From Moniliella sp. 'wahieum' (lineage: Eukaryota), in NCBI GenBank assembly GCA_003971905.1, contig RSEE01000011.1, positions 930,001 through 981,452 of the forward strand: 51,452 bases of DNA, written 5' to 3'. This document shows positions 37,501 to 47,522 of this stretch, piece by piece. The notes below the pieces were generated by a model. That model worked only from the letters and a program-made list of their open reading frames with translations, was not told where the DNA came from and searched no databases. A program made the translations under genes and the position numbers. Numbering within the stretch: position 1 is the stretch's first letter; every line of letters starts with the position of its first letter.

Positions 37501-39547
37501 GCCCGCAGGAGGGACAGCCGGGGCGGTAGTGGGGGTGGCGGGGGGGGAGGTGCAATCGCCGCGTCGGGCTCTGGCCCCGCAGGCGGTGCTGCGGGGTGGG
37601 TTGGTCCCAGACCCAGACCCGGAGCAGAAGCAGAAGCTGGAGCTGCAGTGGGACCCGCGGACGCGGCCGGAGGTTGAACTGCTGGGTGGCCGGTGCCTGA
37701 GTAGAAGGGTCAGTTTTGCACACATTGTAGTACAGGACGACGTACTTTAGGGCCGAGGCGAGGCGTAGGGGCGCCTTGGCCTTGAGTCGGTCGCAAGGGC
37801 TTAGATGGTGGAGAAAGAACTGAGCCCAATGACGCCGCAGGTCGTGTAGGAGGGGACAGAACTCCTACAGGGGTGCGATTGGGCGGGCCGCGCATTGGTG
37901 GGCGAGTCGACGGTCCACGAGTAGAGAGGGTGGGGGATGCTACGCCGGGGCCATGCATCGAAGGAGCAGAAGATGTGACGTTAGATCCGCGATTCGTGAG
38001 CGGAGGAGAGACCACACCTGGCTTGGCCGATACCGTTGAAGGGGCCGAGGGAGGCTTGGCCAAGTTTGCTGGCTTCGGAGGTGCGCGCGCTGAGAGCGCA
38101 GGCGAGGCAACCGTCCGAGTAGAAGGCGGGCGAGAGACCTGCGGCGGAAGCCCCCGAGGAGGGCAGACGCCTGAATGGGTGTCGCCGCAGATACCGATGC
38201 GGGGGTCTGACGGGGCTGTACTGGCTTTTGCACCGGAGTGGGGGCTGAGGGCTGAGCCCGGGGAGGAGGATGAGCTTTGGGCGGGGCACGAGGTGGGCCT
38301 TTGGGCGGAGGAGCAGGGCGGCTTGCGCAGGTGAGGCAGAAGCGTACGGATCAGGCTGAGCGTGAGCCGCAGGCACAACAGGAGCTTGAGTTGGGGCTGC
38401 GACTTGAGCCTGATTCTGATTGGGAAGAGCATACTCGTTTCCGTAGCCATAGTACGCCGCGTAGTTTTGCTCGTCTGCTACCGCATCAGCGGCCGATTGG
38501 GCGTACTCCGGTGCATACGGGTCAGGCTGGGCTGGATTTGTAGTGTTGAGCAGGCACGGAGGAGGAATGGGCATAAGCTTGGTTGTCCTGCGCATACGTC
38601 TGGTTGTCCTGCGCATACGTCTGGTTGTCCTGCGCATACGCCTGGGTGTCCTGTGCATACGGTTGGGTGCCTGTGCGTAGGCTTGCGTATCCTGCGCATA
38701 GTTCTGGTCCCCATAGCCATATCCATTGTTCTGGTCATACCCGTAGCCATAGCCTTGGCCATACTGGCCTTGAGCTTGGCCTTGAGTCTGCTGCTGCACA
38801 GGCTGGGAAGGAGCGTATTGGCTCTGGAGTTGAGCCTGTGCTTGAGCTTGACCCTGGGGCGCATAGGCACTCTGGCCGTAATAATTGTACGCCTGGGCGT
38901 CATAGCCCCCATGCCCTGTCTGGGCCGGTGTTGCTGCAGCAGCGCCTCCGCCTGCCCCCGCAGGCACAGCGTATGCATTGTCCTGGGCATAGAACTGAGA
39001 ATAGTCACCATACGACTGTTCTGGGGCTGGTTCAGAGGGCTGTTGATAAGCGCTTGAACCAAGGGCAGCCGCCAACTGGTTGTGGTTGTGGTTGTTATGG
39101 TGGTGGTGGGCGGAACGGGTGGGAGCGAGTGCGGGCGAGTCGTATGCATACTGCCCAGCAGCGCTCGAACGGCCCAGGCGGGATCCGGCGCGGCTGCTCG
39201 GCGCATCGTAGCTGTACGCGCTCGGCGGGGGTTGGGGTTGGAGCTGCGGTTGAGGCTGGGTTGAGGCTGGGGTTGGGGCTGGGCTGGGGCTGGGCTGCAT
39301 AGGGGTTATGGGCGGGGTCGTAGGAGTAGGCGTTGTCCTGCTGGTAGTACTGGTAGTAGTCCGCGTACTCCTGCTCCACCGCCGAGGCAGCGCCCCCAGG
39401 CGCCGTCGGAGCCGCCGCCGCCTGCGGCTCAGCCGGCTCGTCCTCGTCGATGGCGCCAAAGGACGACACGCCCTGCGAGGCTGGGCCGCCAAACAGCGCC
39501 GAGCTGTCGGCGACGCTCAGCGGGCGCGCATGGCCCCGCGTCGACAT
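31579..39547 (-). CDS. SEC16: COPII scaffold Sec16; heavily frameshifted
   Basis: Sec16 mid region RPRPIVSFGPAGQVVTVFP, DRILLLQIIVILLQHDG. Sec16_C (ACE1) LLMHGQRRDALTLAVNAGLFDHALVIASSLDKDIW, LLAMGDGL..AAQFLYLL, YLTEIVEFALSL..GLPHLQAYKLLHAYQLAE.G..ASKYCDAI. C-terminal KAHLG..YYDKELKRWI and RRYVPLS*. Long low-complexity N-terminus from ATG 39547 (tentative). Confidence 0.9.
35680..36190 (-). repeat. Coding 18/21-bp tandem repeat within SEC16 encoding ~26 units of [DE]GEYA[PA]Q
   Basis: + strand units such as catactcgccatcttgaggag and catactcaccctcttgagcag. Translation DGEYAPQ DGEYAPQ ... EGEYAAQ EGEYAAQ. Confidence 0.95.
38581..38700 (-). repeat. Coding 21-bp tandem repeat within SEC16 N-terminus (YAQD[TN]Q[AT])
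   Basis: ggttgtcctgcgcatacgtct twice exactly, a third near-exact unit, then degenerate units. Confidence 0.9.
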
Positions 39548-39856
39548 GGTGGTTGTGGTGGATGAGCCGTCCGCGGAGGAAGGCGAGCCATGCGTTTTCC
39601 ATTCCTTGTGCCACGTCGCCGGGCGACCCACGTGGACACTGCCCCGTGCGCTGCCAGCCTCTTCTGGGCCCATGCAACCATCTTGCTCGCATGCCCTCTC
39701 ATCGCCTCCCATTTCAACTTTCAACCGCGTGGAGCAGAACCCCCCACCCGCCGTCCCCCGTTCCGCCCTTGGCATTCCGCCAGCGGTTTTTTTTTCCAGC
39801 GGCGGCCCTAGAGCCCATTTCCTCAAGTCCCGCTCCACAGCCACCACAGAGCCACC

Positions 39857-41638
39857 ATGCCACCGCGAGCGCCTAAAACCGAGGTGCCCGAGCCCCCCCT
39901 GGTCCCGGGCCCTCCTACCGCCTCGTTGTAGGCGACCTCAAGGGTGGCCTGTCCGTCGTCGATGTGCCCCTCGACGCCGGCCCTGGCCCTCTGGACCCGG
40001 CCACGGCCGCCGCCCTCACCCCGAGCCGCCTCGTCCTGCGCCCTCGGACCTGACTGCAAAGCATGGAGCACCAGCCGTCAAATCAGGTGCAATCCAGATT
40101 CTTGTCCGCGGCACTCTGCTTGGAAACGTGTGGGTGTTGCATGCCGCCGTGATGGACGGTGGACGTCTTCCTTCTCCCCTCGAACGACGAAAGCAGTGCA
40201 GGCTCCCCCCCTAACCCGCTCGGTCCTGCTTGCGTTCCACTCGCCCAGATTCAAGGTCAACCAGACCCGCTGGCTCGCTGCTGCTGTGGCCGATGATGTA
40301 GTATGGATGATGGCGTCCGATGGCGAGCTGTGGAGGGTGCGGTTTGACGCAACTGAGCCGGGCGCCACTCAGACCGTCGACGCGCAATCCATAATGCTTG
40401 CCACCCCCAGCCATCCCCTGATGACTAGTGCCTTCCTCGAACAGGAGGGGCGCGTGACACATGTTGCCTTTGGGGGTCAAGACGTACCTCTCACAATTGT
40501 TTCTCTTTCGGACGCTTCTCTTCCTTGTCGGAGGACGATACGTCCATGGCATCCTCATCCCCTGTTGTTCGTCCGCCCTCGCCACCCGACATGCGGAACG
40601 GCGGGCGAAAACGTGGTCGTGCCTATGGCCGTGCCAGCCCAGTCAAATGGCCAGGACAAGTATACCAAGCCAAACGACTGCCACCCGATGTGTTGCGCAT
40701 GGATCGCAAGCCCAATTTGACCACCCTCGCCTTTGTTCCACCCGCCGAGATGCTACCCGCTGAAGGACCCACCCACATTGCCCCTGGAACCCTAGTCCTG
40801 GCTGGAACGAGGACAGGGTTATGAGGGTGTACGACCCCAATCCTTTCCCCCTGCCAGTTGAAGAGGAGACAAAGGACGACGAGCCACAACCCAAAAAGGC
40901 CAAGACGGCCACCGCATCGGCCCGGTCCGAGCCCAGTACCTCTGGTTACCACATTGCTGAATTTGCCTTGCTCGGCGGGCGGGAGCCAAGCTGGATGCGC
41001 CCGAGTTTCATCGTGACTTCCCGCCTCACCATGCTGGCGCGACGCCTGGTTCGCTGCCGCAAGAGCAGCAGGCGATCCACGTGTCCAAGGCTGCGTCGGA
41101 ATCGATCCTGACCCATGGCTCGCGCACCCACACGACCCTGGGGGCAGGCAAGCCTCGGCCCGCTATCCGCTCCATCTTGGTCCCAGCTTCCCAACCGGGC
41201 TGGTATATGTTTCGGATACCGACACGGGGGTATATCTCGTCGATTGGTCGGCGGGGAAGGTCGTGTCCCGCATCAAAGCCCCGCCGGGACCGTGACGAGC
41301 ATGCTCACTCTCCCACCTCCTACCAGCGAGAGCGAGAGCGAGCGCGAGGAAGAAAGCGGGCGTAGCACGAAGCGCAGCATGGCTCGGTTCGTTTCGGTAG
41401 CCCAGGACAAATTGGTTCGTCTGCACCACGTACCCCTTCCGCATGAAATCAAGCGGGGCAACGGGGGCAAGTGCAGCAATGCCCCCTCCCTTCCAGCGCG
41501 CGAGTCGTGGCCCATGCCTTCATTTCGAATGCCACACCCTGGTGTGCCTTCTGGGATGGCGTCGTCCCTTCCTACCCGGTAGAAGACGACGGGGACGATG
41601 GTCTGGACGCGATGGACACAATTGGTCAGGCCACCTAA
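39857..41638 (+). CDS. NSA1: Ribosome biogenesis WD-repeat protein Nsa1/WDR74-like; frameshifted
   Basis: GCCACCATG start at 39857. HVAFGGQDVPLTI; W.A...P.DVLRMDRKPNLTTLAFV; LAGTRTGL.RVYD; VYLVDW..GKV..R.K...GTVTSM; FVSVAQDKLVRLH; acidic tail ending MDTIGQAT* at 41638. These match the WDR74/Nsa1 motif order. Confidence 0.75.
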
Positions 41639-42446
41639 CTGTTTCTTAAGTTCAATTATTGCATACCTACCACCTAGCTTCTGTTAATGGCATCGTCAAA
41701 TAGCTCATTGAATTAACACTGGAAGGAAGGGGTGGAACGGGACATGTATATGTGCGATCAACGGATCACTGAGTTTCATATCAAGTCGGAGAAGCTAGTC
41801 GATAGCACAACCCTCCTCCCTTCTCGACGTTTGTCCGGTTTGCTGGTGGCAAGTGCAGCACCTCCTGACTTCCCTTCACTGTCCTGCATTCAATCGCCCC
41901 CGAGTGTCATCACAGATTCTGTCCACTGTCCCCTCTCATTCACATCCACCGGAGGAATACTGGGGAAGTGTTGATGTATTGTAGCCAGTCTGAACAGTAT
42001 ACTCTGGTGTACATATGATGTGGCAATGACATGCTGAAAATCTCATATACGCACGGATGGGGGGGAAAAGACGTAGTGTACTATATAGGGTGGCCGACAA
42101 CAATTCTCAGAGAACAAGCAGCGTGGCCTACAGAACCGTGATCTATATTACTAGAAGACACAAAGCACATCAATACAGTTAAAAGGGAAATGCGATATGA
42201 CTATGGTGAGACGAGTCTCGAGCCCAATCATTGAAGAAGGATACGAAGGAATATGAGAACCATCGATAAGAACCACAGCTCTTTTGTGCGCCATTTTTTT
42301 CTTTCTTTCTCAGCTTCAAGAAGCCGAATCAATCAAACGAACTTGGGTCTTGGTCGCACATCCCAAACCGACTGTAAAAAGGGAGTAAAACCAATGCTGG
42401 CACCCACTGAACCTGCAATCAATTAAAGGGGCATGCCCGAGTCGTC

Positions 42447-44237
42447 TTACACAGAGCTTCGGGAGGCCGAAACTTCCCAGACAAGCTCCATCTCTGGGAT
42501 ATGATCCGAGAAAGGAGGCGGGCTCAGTACATCCGTGGTGGCGTGCGGGGGGACAACGCTGAAATGGCGCCCAGCTGGAATAAAGGTCAAAGGAAAGTCG
42601 GGGGGACTGGAGGCTGCTCCCGGACCGGGGACCGTAGCGGGTGAGGTCGCGATGTCGAGCAAAGGAAGAAGATGCTCAGTTGCGGAACCAGTCAAAGGGA
42701 AGTCGGAGGAGCTGGAGGTTGCTTCCGGACCTGAGACAGGAGGGGGCGAGGCAGACATGGAAGAGCTCGACTGGAGCTTGGGGGGACGGCGGCGGGGTCG
42801 GTTAGGCGCAGGCATTACAGGGGAGGTGGAAACAGCACTCGGACCTGATAAGGTAGGGGGCGAGGAAGACAAAGAAGAGCTCGGCTGGAGCTTGGGGGGA
42901 CAGCCACGGGGCCGCTTGATACGTGCAGGCTTGTCTGCTTTCTGCGTAGCGGCTTTGGGAGGCCGACCCCGTTTCTTAGGTGGGGACGGGTGGTGTCCTT
43001 TTTCTGGGGAGGCTGGCGCGAGCGCAGGGTAGGGCTTGGTGTGGGGAAAAAGAGGATGGCCTGGAAGAGATGTACCCCGATTGTTCTTCGAAACCAGCAT
43101 TGGGAGAGGTGTTGATCCCTCTCGGTGGTGAGAATAAAACCATGGGCACTCCCCCAGTCCTCAACGCAGTCGAGGACTCCGGAGCAAAAGAAGTACTGCC
43201 GACTGGTGAAAGGGAGTCCAAACGCGGTTAGAAAAGAGATGATAAGAGATGAGGGAAAACGTACCATTTGCCCCTGTAATAGGTGTGTCAAACCAGTGCG
43301 GAGGAATGGGGGGAGGTTGGTTGGGGGGATGAATCCGATCTCGGTTGTAAGCGCGGGCAGGCTGGGCGCCAAATCCTCGTCCAGACCCCGAGTCGGAAGC
43401 GAGGAGACTTCTCGCACGAGCGATGTGACATAGCCGTGCAGCTCCATATGTTCGTTCGATGTAGCCATGGACAAACACAGACTGTCCAAAACGAAGCAGA
43501 GTTTCCCGATTGCCCTGGACCTCCCCCGAAGGGAGAGAAACGGGTCTAAAAGGACAGAGTTGGCCACCATGGAAGCCATTCGCCAATTGCGAACGACGAA
43601 TGCGTCGGTGCTTCCCTGGGGGGTGGCATCTGAACGAGGCGCGAGAGGGGGAAAGAGGACTCAACGGACGGGGGCCGCTCGTAGGGATGAGCCAAGTGAA
43701 GATGGGCGGGAAAGCTGCTTGTGGTCGGCCGCGCCCCTTGGGCGATGGGACCAGTAGCAGCGTGGGAGAATACCAAGGGCCTGGTGTTGAGCTCATCGGG
43801 TGGGTACGACATAGTGGCGAGCGATGAGAGCTGGGGATGGTGGTGCGAGGAAGGGAGTGCAGGAGGCACGGTCGACAGAGAAGAGGGGATGGGTATTTAT
43901 GGGATCAACGGGCTCCTGAATGGGACACAGAGGGGATGCGACGGTGCTCGACATGGCTGGCCTGTTGCAGTTGCTGCCGTTTCTGCTGTCCTCATCGCGA
44001 ATGAGACACAGAGGTGGTGTGGCGATCCTCGGCATGGCTGGACTGTTGCTGTTTTGCTACTGTTGTTGTGGTGCCCCTCTCGCTAATGGGACACAGTCGT
44101 GGTGCGGCGATGCATCGCATTGCTGGCCTGTTGCTGTGCTGCTGGTGGTTTTGCGCGGCTCTGCTGGAGCAGAGTGGGGGGAGTGGTGCCTCATGGTGGG
44201 ATGCGTGCCGCTCGAGGTGAGAAGGCGATCGTTTCAA
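42447..44237 (-). CDS. Orphan gene or relic: N-terminal peptide repeats, possible FAR1/MULE-like fragment, C-terminal AT-hooks
   Basis: Overlapping minus-strand ORFs. KKRGRPPK (canonical AT-hook) plus KRPRGCPPK and RPRRRPPK. LDCVEDWGSAHGFILTTER. Canonical intron signals (GTACGT at 43264, CTAAC, CAG at 43203 or 43196). Confidence 0.45.
43919..44160. repeat. Three degenerate 81-85 bp tandem repeats
   Basis: Units start at 43919, 44000 and 44085 with aatg[ga]gacacag...cat[gt]gctgg[ca]ctgttgc. Confidence 0.85.
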
Positions 44238-44460
44238 ACGTCATTAACGCCATTATTAGCGTGGTACTCCGAGATTGAGCGCCTGCGGTAAATGGTAAAT
44301 CCGTAGTATCCTCTGGTGTTCAGAGGTTCACAACTGTAATACATGGTGGTTGTACCCGATATACTTGCCTTTTCTTACAGAGCACCGCCCCTAATCCTTC
44401 CAACCAGTGTGCATCTACAGACGATGGGGTAGAATGCCATGATGTGTACTTCGAAGAACA

Positions 44461-45407
44461 TTATGATCGATGTCCATCCTCCCCTTTGGCGAGCTGTGCA
44501 GCAACCTCGTCCCATGGCTTGCCATTGCGAAGTTCCTCGATTTGTGCTGGGGAAAGACCAACAAGCCTCTGCTCAAGGTAATCCACCTCGACCACTTTGG
44601 TCAAGGGAATGACCCACTCCTTGTAGATTTCAACCACTTCGTTGACTTCAATCTTACGGTGCTCCTCGACTGCCGCTTGCTTGCGGGTTGGATCTTGTTC
44701 CCGCCGAAGGCGTACTTGGAACGCCGTGTCAAAGTCCCGTCCGTACACATCCGCCTTCTCTGCCAAGCGGCGGAGCAAGGCCGCTTCAACCTCAGGTTTG
44801 GTGATGAGCGAATCCAGCGCATCGCGGTCCTTAGACTGGATGAACGAAACGAACGCGCTTGGGTCTTGGCGGAACTTGGCTTCCGAGACAAACATGCCAA
44901 AGTGAATGCGCCGACTGAGCGCACTCAGCAGCTCCACATCCCGCACCGCCGCTGAGCCGTACTGGCCATCGTCCGATCCCGGCACGCAGATACCAGGAAT
45001 GACGTGGTTCACGTAAAAGTCATAAATCTTGGGGTTGACATTAATTTGGTGACCCTTGTTGCTGGGGTAGAGCAGGTCGGGGTAACTGAGCGGCGGAGGA
45101 TGGGCTGAGGGAGATCTTTGACATCACTGAAAGGGTACTCGTCCGGCGCTTCCCACCTCCGCACCTTGGCATGGGCCTTTTCCGATTCGCGCAAGAACCA
45201 CTCGGTCCAGGATTTGTGCCATCCCTCGCGCTCGGCGAGCTGGGGGAACGCAGCAGGCTGGTACATTGGTGCATTGGCAGCAAACTGGGCGCGCTCAATG
45301 AGTTGGAATACAATTGTATCTTCCAGGCGCTGCAGCGTGGAGCGGATATGGTCCAGGGAAAGCAGCTCCTCGGCCGATGCGCCGCTGAGATTGTTGGTAT
45401 GGGGCAT
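44461..45407 (-). CDS. ARO7: Cytosolic chorismate mutase (eukaryotic AroQ); one frameshift at ~45095
   Basis: LSLDHIRSTLQRLEDTIVFQLIERAQF, HAKVRRWEAPDEYPF, DDGQYGSAAVRDVELLSALSRRIHFGMFVSEAKF, IYKEWVIPLTKVVEVDYLEQRL. Adding one C (ctc ccg) restores PILPPLSYPDLLYP..INVNPKIYDFY. Confidence 0.96.
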
Positions 45408-46038
45408 GGTGGTGTGGGGAGGAAGGGGTTTTTGGAAGGAGTCGTCTAAGCTCCACCAGCACTCGGAGCGCGCACGAGTCGGAAGTCGATACTCCGCACT
45501 GCTAGCAATAGGTTTTTCCGGAGCGACATCTCCGCTTTCGATTTCACATTTCATATTGTGCTGCTCCTCCATAATGACGGCAGCTTCGTCCCTCCAGCAG
45601 GATTGCAGATGTACTCGCCAGGGGGATTTGATGTGCCGACATGTTCAAGCGCCAACGGGGTTGGCGACAGTATGCTTAAGCCAATCACTGGTGCGGAAGG
45701 AGGACCACAAATGCCGACATCTACGTTCGAGAGAAGAACTGGTGGAAGAGATGATAATCAGAGGCTCTACATGGCGTAGCGGTGACGTCACTACTTGGGG
45801 GCGACGATGCTTCCAAGGGTCGAGCGTCTCCTCCACAAAATTGCATACATCATCCATCAGTCATGCATCAGCGTTCAGCCTGAGCCTGAGCGTCCGTGGG
45901 TATGTTGCGTGCAGGCCTGCGGGCCTGAGGAGGCCTACGGGTGTTGCAGCCTGTTGCCGCCGGGGATTTCTTTGGCCCAGGCAGCTCCGCGTGCGTAATT
46001 TCAACTTGCCCAAGCCGTTGCAAGCAAAAGTAGGCCAG

Positions 46039-46122
46039 TAACCCTATCCCGACAAGAGTGCCTGTCTGCCGGCGCCTGCCGCCTAACCCTATGTATATAC
46101 GCCGCAGCTCGTTCTAACCCTA
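46039..46122 (+). promoter_or_regulatory. Three TAACCCTA telobox/Tbf1-type sites and a TATATA in the RPL26 promoter
   Basis: TAACCCTA at 46039-46046, 46084-46091 and 46115-46122. Confidence 0.65.
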
Positions 46123-46214
46123 CTGGACGTTGTCGGCAGCCGCCATGATGGCCACCAACCCCCCGCGACCACGAAGCTCCCGGACTCCGCACCCGCCAAC
46201 GCCGCCCCGCCAAG

Positions 46215-46673
46215 ATGGTTTCGTCCAGCCGCCGTACCAGCCGCAAGATCCAACTTAGTGCCCCGGCGCACCTGCGCCGCAAGCTCATGAGCTCGCCCCT
46301 GAGCAAGGAGCTGCGCGCTGAGCACGGCGTACGTGTTCTGCCCGCTGCTGTGGAGCGAGGGTGAAACTAACTTTTCCGACCTGGACAGATCCGCTCCATG
46401 CCTATCGTCAAGGGCGACGAGGTCCAAATCGTCCGCGGCTCCAAGAAGGGTGCTGAGGGCCGTGTGACCCAGGTGTACCGTAAGAAGTGGGTCATCCACG
46501 TTGACCGCGTGGAGCGTGAGAAGGCCAAGGAGCAGACTGTGCCCATCCCTGTGGCGGCTTCGAACGTGGTGATCACCAAGCTCAAGCTGGACAAGAGCCG
46601 TAAGCTGATCATTTCCCGCAAGTCGGGCAAGCCCGTGGCGGACGCTGAGGGCGACGTTGAGATGAAGGCCTAA
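46215..46673 (+). CDS. RPL26: 60S ribosomal protein uL24 (L26); intron 46329-46388
   Basis: [95 protein letters not shown]. Intron GTACGT..ACTAAC..CAG. Confidence 0.95.
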
Positions 46674-47189
46674 ATCTCTGCTTGCGGGACAGTGCTTGCA
46701 GTTTGGGTCATTCCAAAATGACGTCCGGCGCAGGAATCGCTTGCCGAGTCATAGGGATTGCATTCCCTCCCTGGTTCTGTGGTTCTAGTTAGCCACGTCC
46801 TGCTGTGTGCTCCTTGTTCGGCTCATTTCTTTTTGTGCCGTATGGGACTCGCTGCTTCTCTATGCCCATCACATGCATACCTCTCCAAACGGCATTCCGG
46901 GTGCTATAGATGCATTTCATAACACCTTGTTCTCTTGTATAAAGCGTTGGAGAGGGGATCGATGGATCTGGGGACCAAGATGCCACCTGGATGGCATAAC
47001 GGCACTGCAAGTATTGGCCGGGAATGGGTACGCCAGCTGAGGTTGGGAGATATACTTGAGCTGCTCAATCCCCATGGGTATAGCGAAGGTGGGGCCAAAA
47101 AATTCAAATTAGATCCCGATCCAGTAAGTTGTACAGCAGGGACAGTGAAGAGAAGGACAAGGCGAGCAATTGCGTCAGCGTTTGGGGTC

Positions 47190-47522
47190 CTATTCTTGCT
47201 CTTCTTCCTCATCTTGGTCCTCTTCCTCCTCCTCCTCTTCCCCGGCATCGTCGCCATCTGGATAGGAAGCCTGAGGGCGAGGGTTCTTTTTCAGATCAGC
47301 CTTGCGCTGGTTCTGTTGTTTGGCCTCCACTGGGCCCAGGATGTCCTTCCACTGGGTCGTGTACGCGTTGACTTGGCTCCGGGCCCGGTCCAGGGCGTCG
47401 GCAATGGCATCGAGTGTCAAGGAGGCAACCGGAATTCTCATGTTTGTTTGAGCAGGTGGGGCGTCCTGCGTGTCGGTCCCTGCGGGCACCGTGAGGTGCG
47501 TGTCAATGCGGATCGTCGCCAT
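47190..47522 (-). CDS. GON7: Small acidic protein, probable KEOPS/EKC subunit Gon7
   Basis: 110 aa. Amphipathic helix LDAIADALDRARSQVNAYTTQWKDILG followed by a K-rich and then poly-E/D tail, the architecture of fungal Gon7. Recognition is from memory of the pattern only. Confidence 0.55.
   Translation of the reverse strand: MATIRIDTHLTVPAGTDTQDAPPAQTNMRIPVASLTLDAIADALDRARSQVNAYTTQWKDILGPVEAKQQNQRKADLKKNPRPQASYPDGDDAGEEEEEEEDQDEEEEQE

Noticed and set aside
43919..44160. Repeat-spacer-like array (CRISPR?)
   Set aside because: Whole units are homologous and degenerate, there are only three, no cas genes are present, and the context is eukaryotic.
44270..44340. tRNA-like fragment (TAAATGGTAAA and a cctctg/cagagg hairpin)
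   Set aside because: No acceptor stem or valid T-arm can be folded.
44461..45572. Secreted chorismate mutase effector (Cmu1-like) or N-terminally extended Aro7
   Set aside because: No signal peptide and high similarity to housekeeping Aro7. The upstream in-frame ATG at 45572 encodes non-conserved sequence, while ACCACCATG at 45407 is the better start.
46039..46122. Interstitial telomere or chromosome fusion scar
   Set aside because: The units are single and spaced rather than tandem, and sit in a promoter position.
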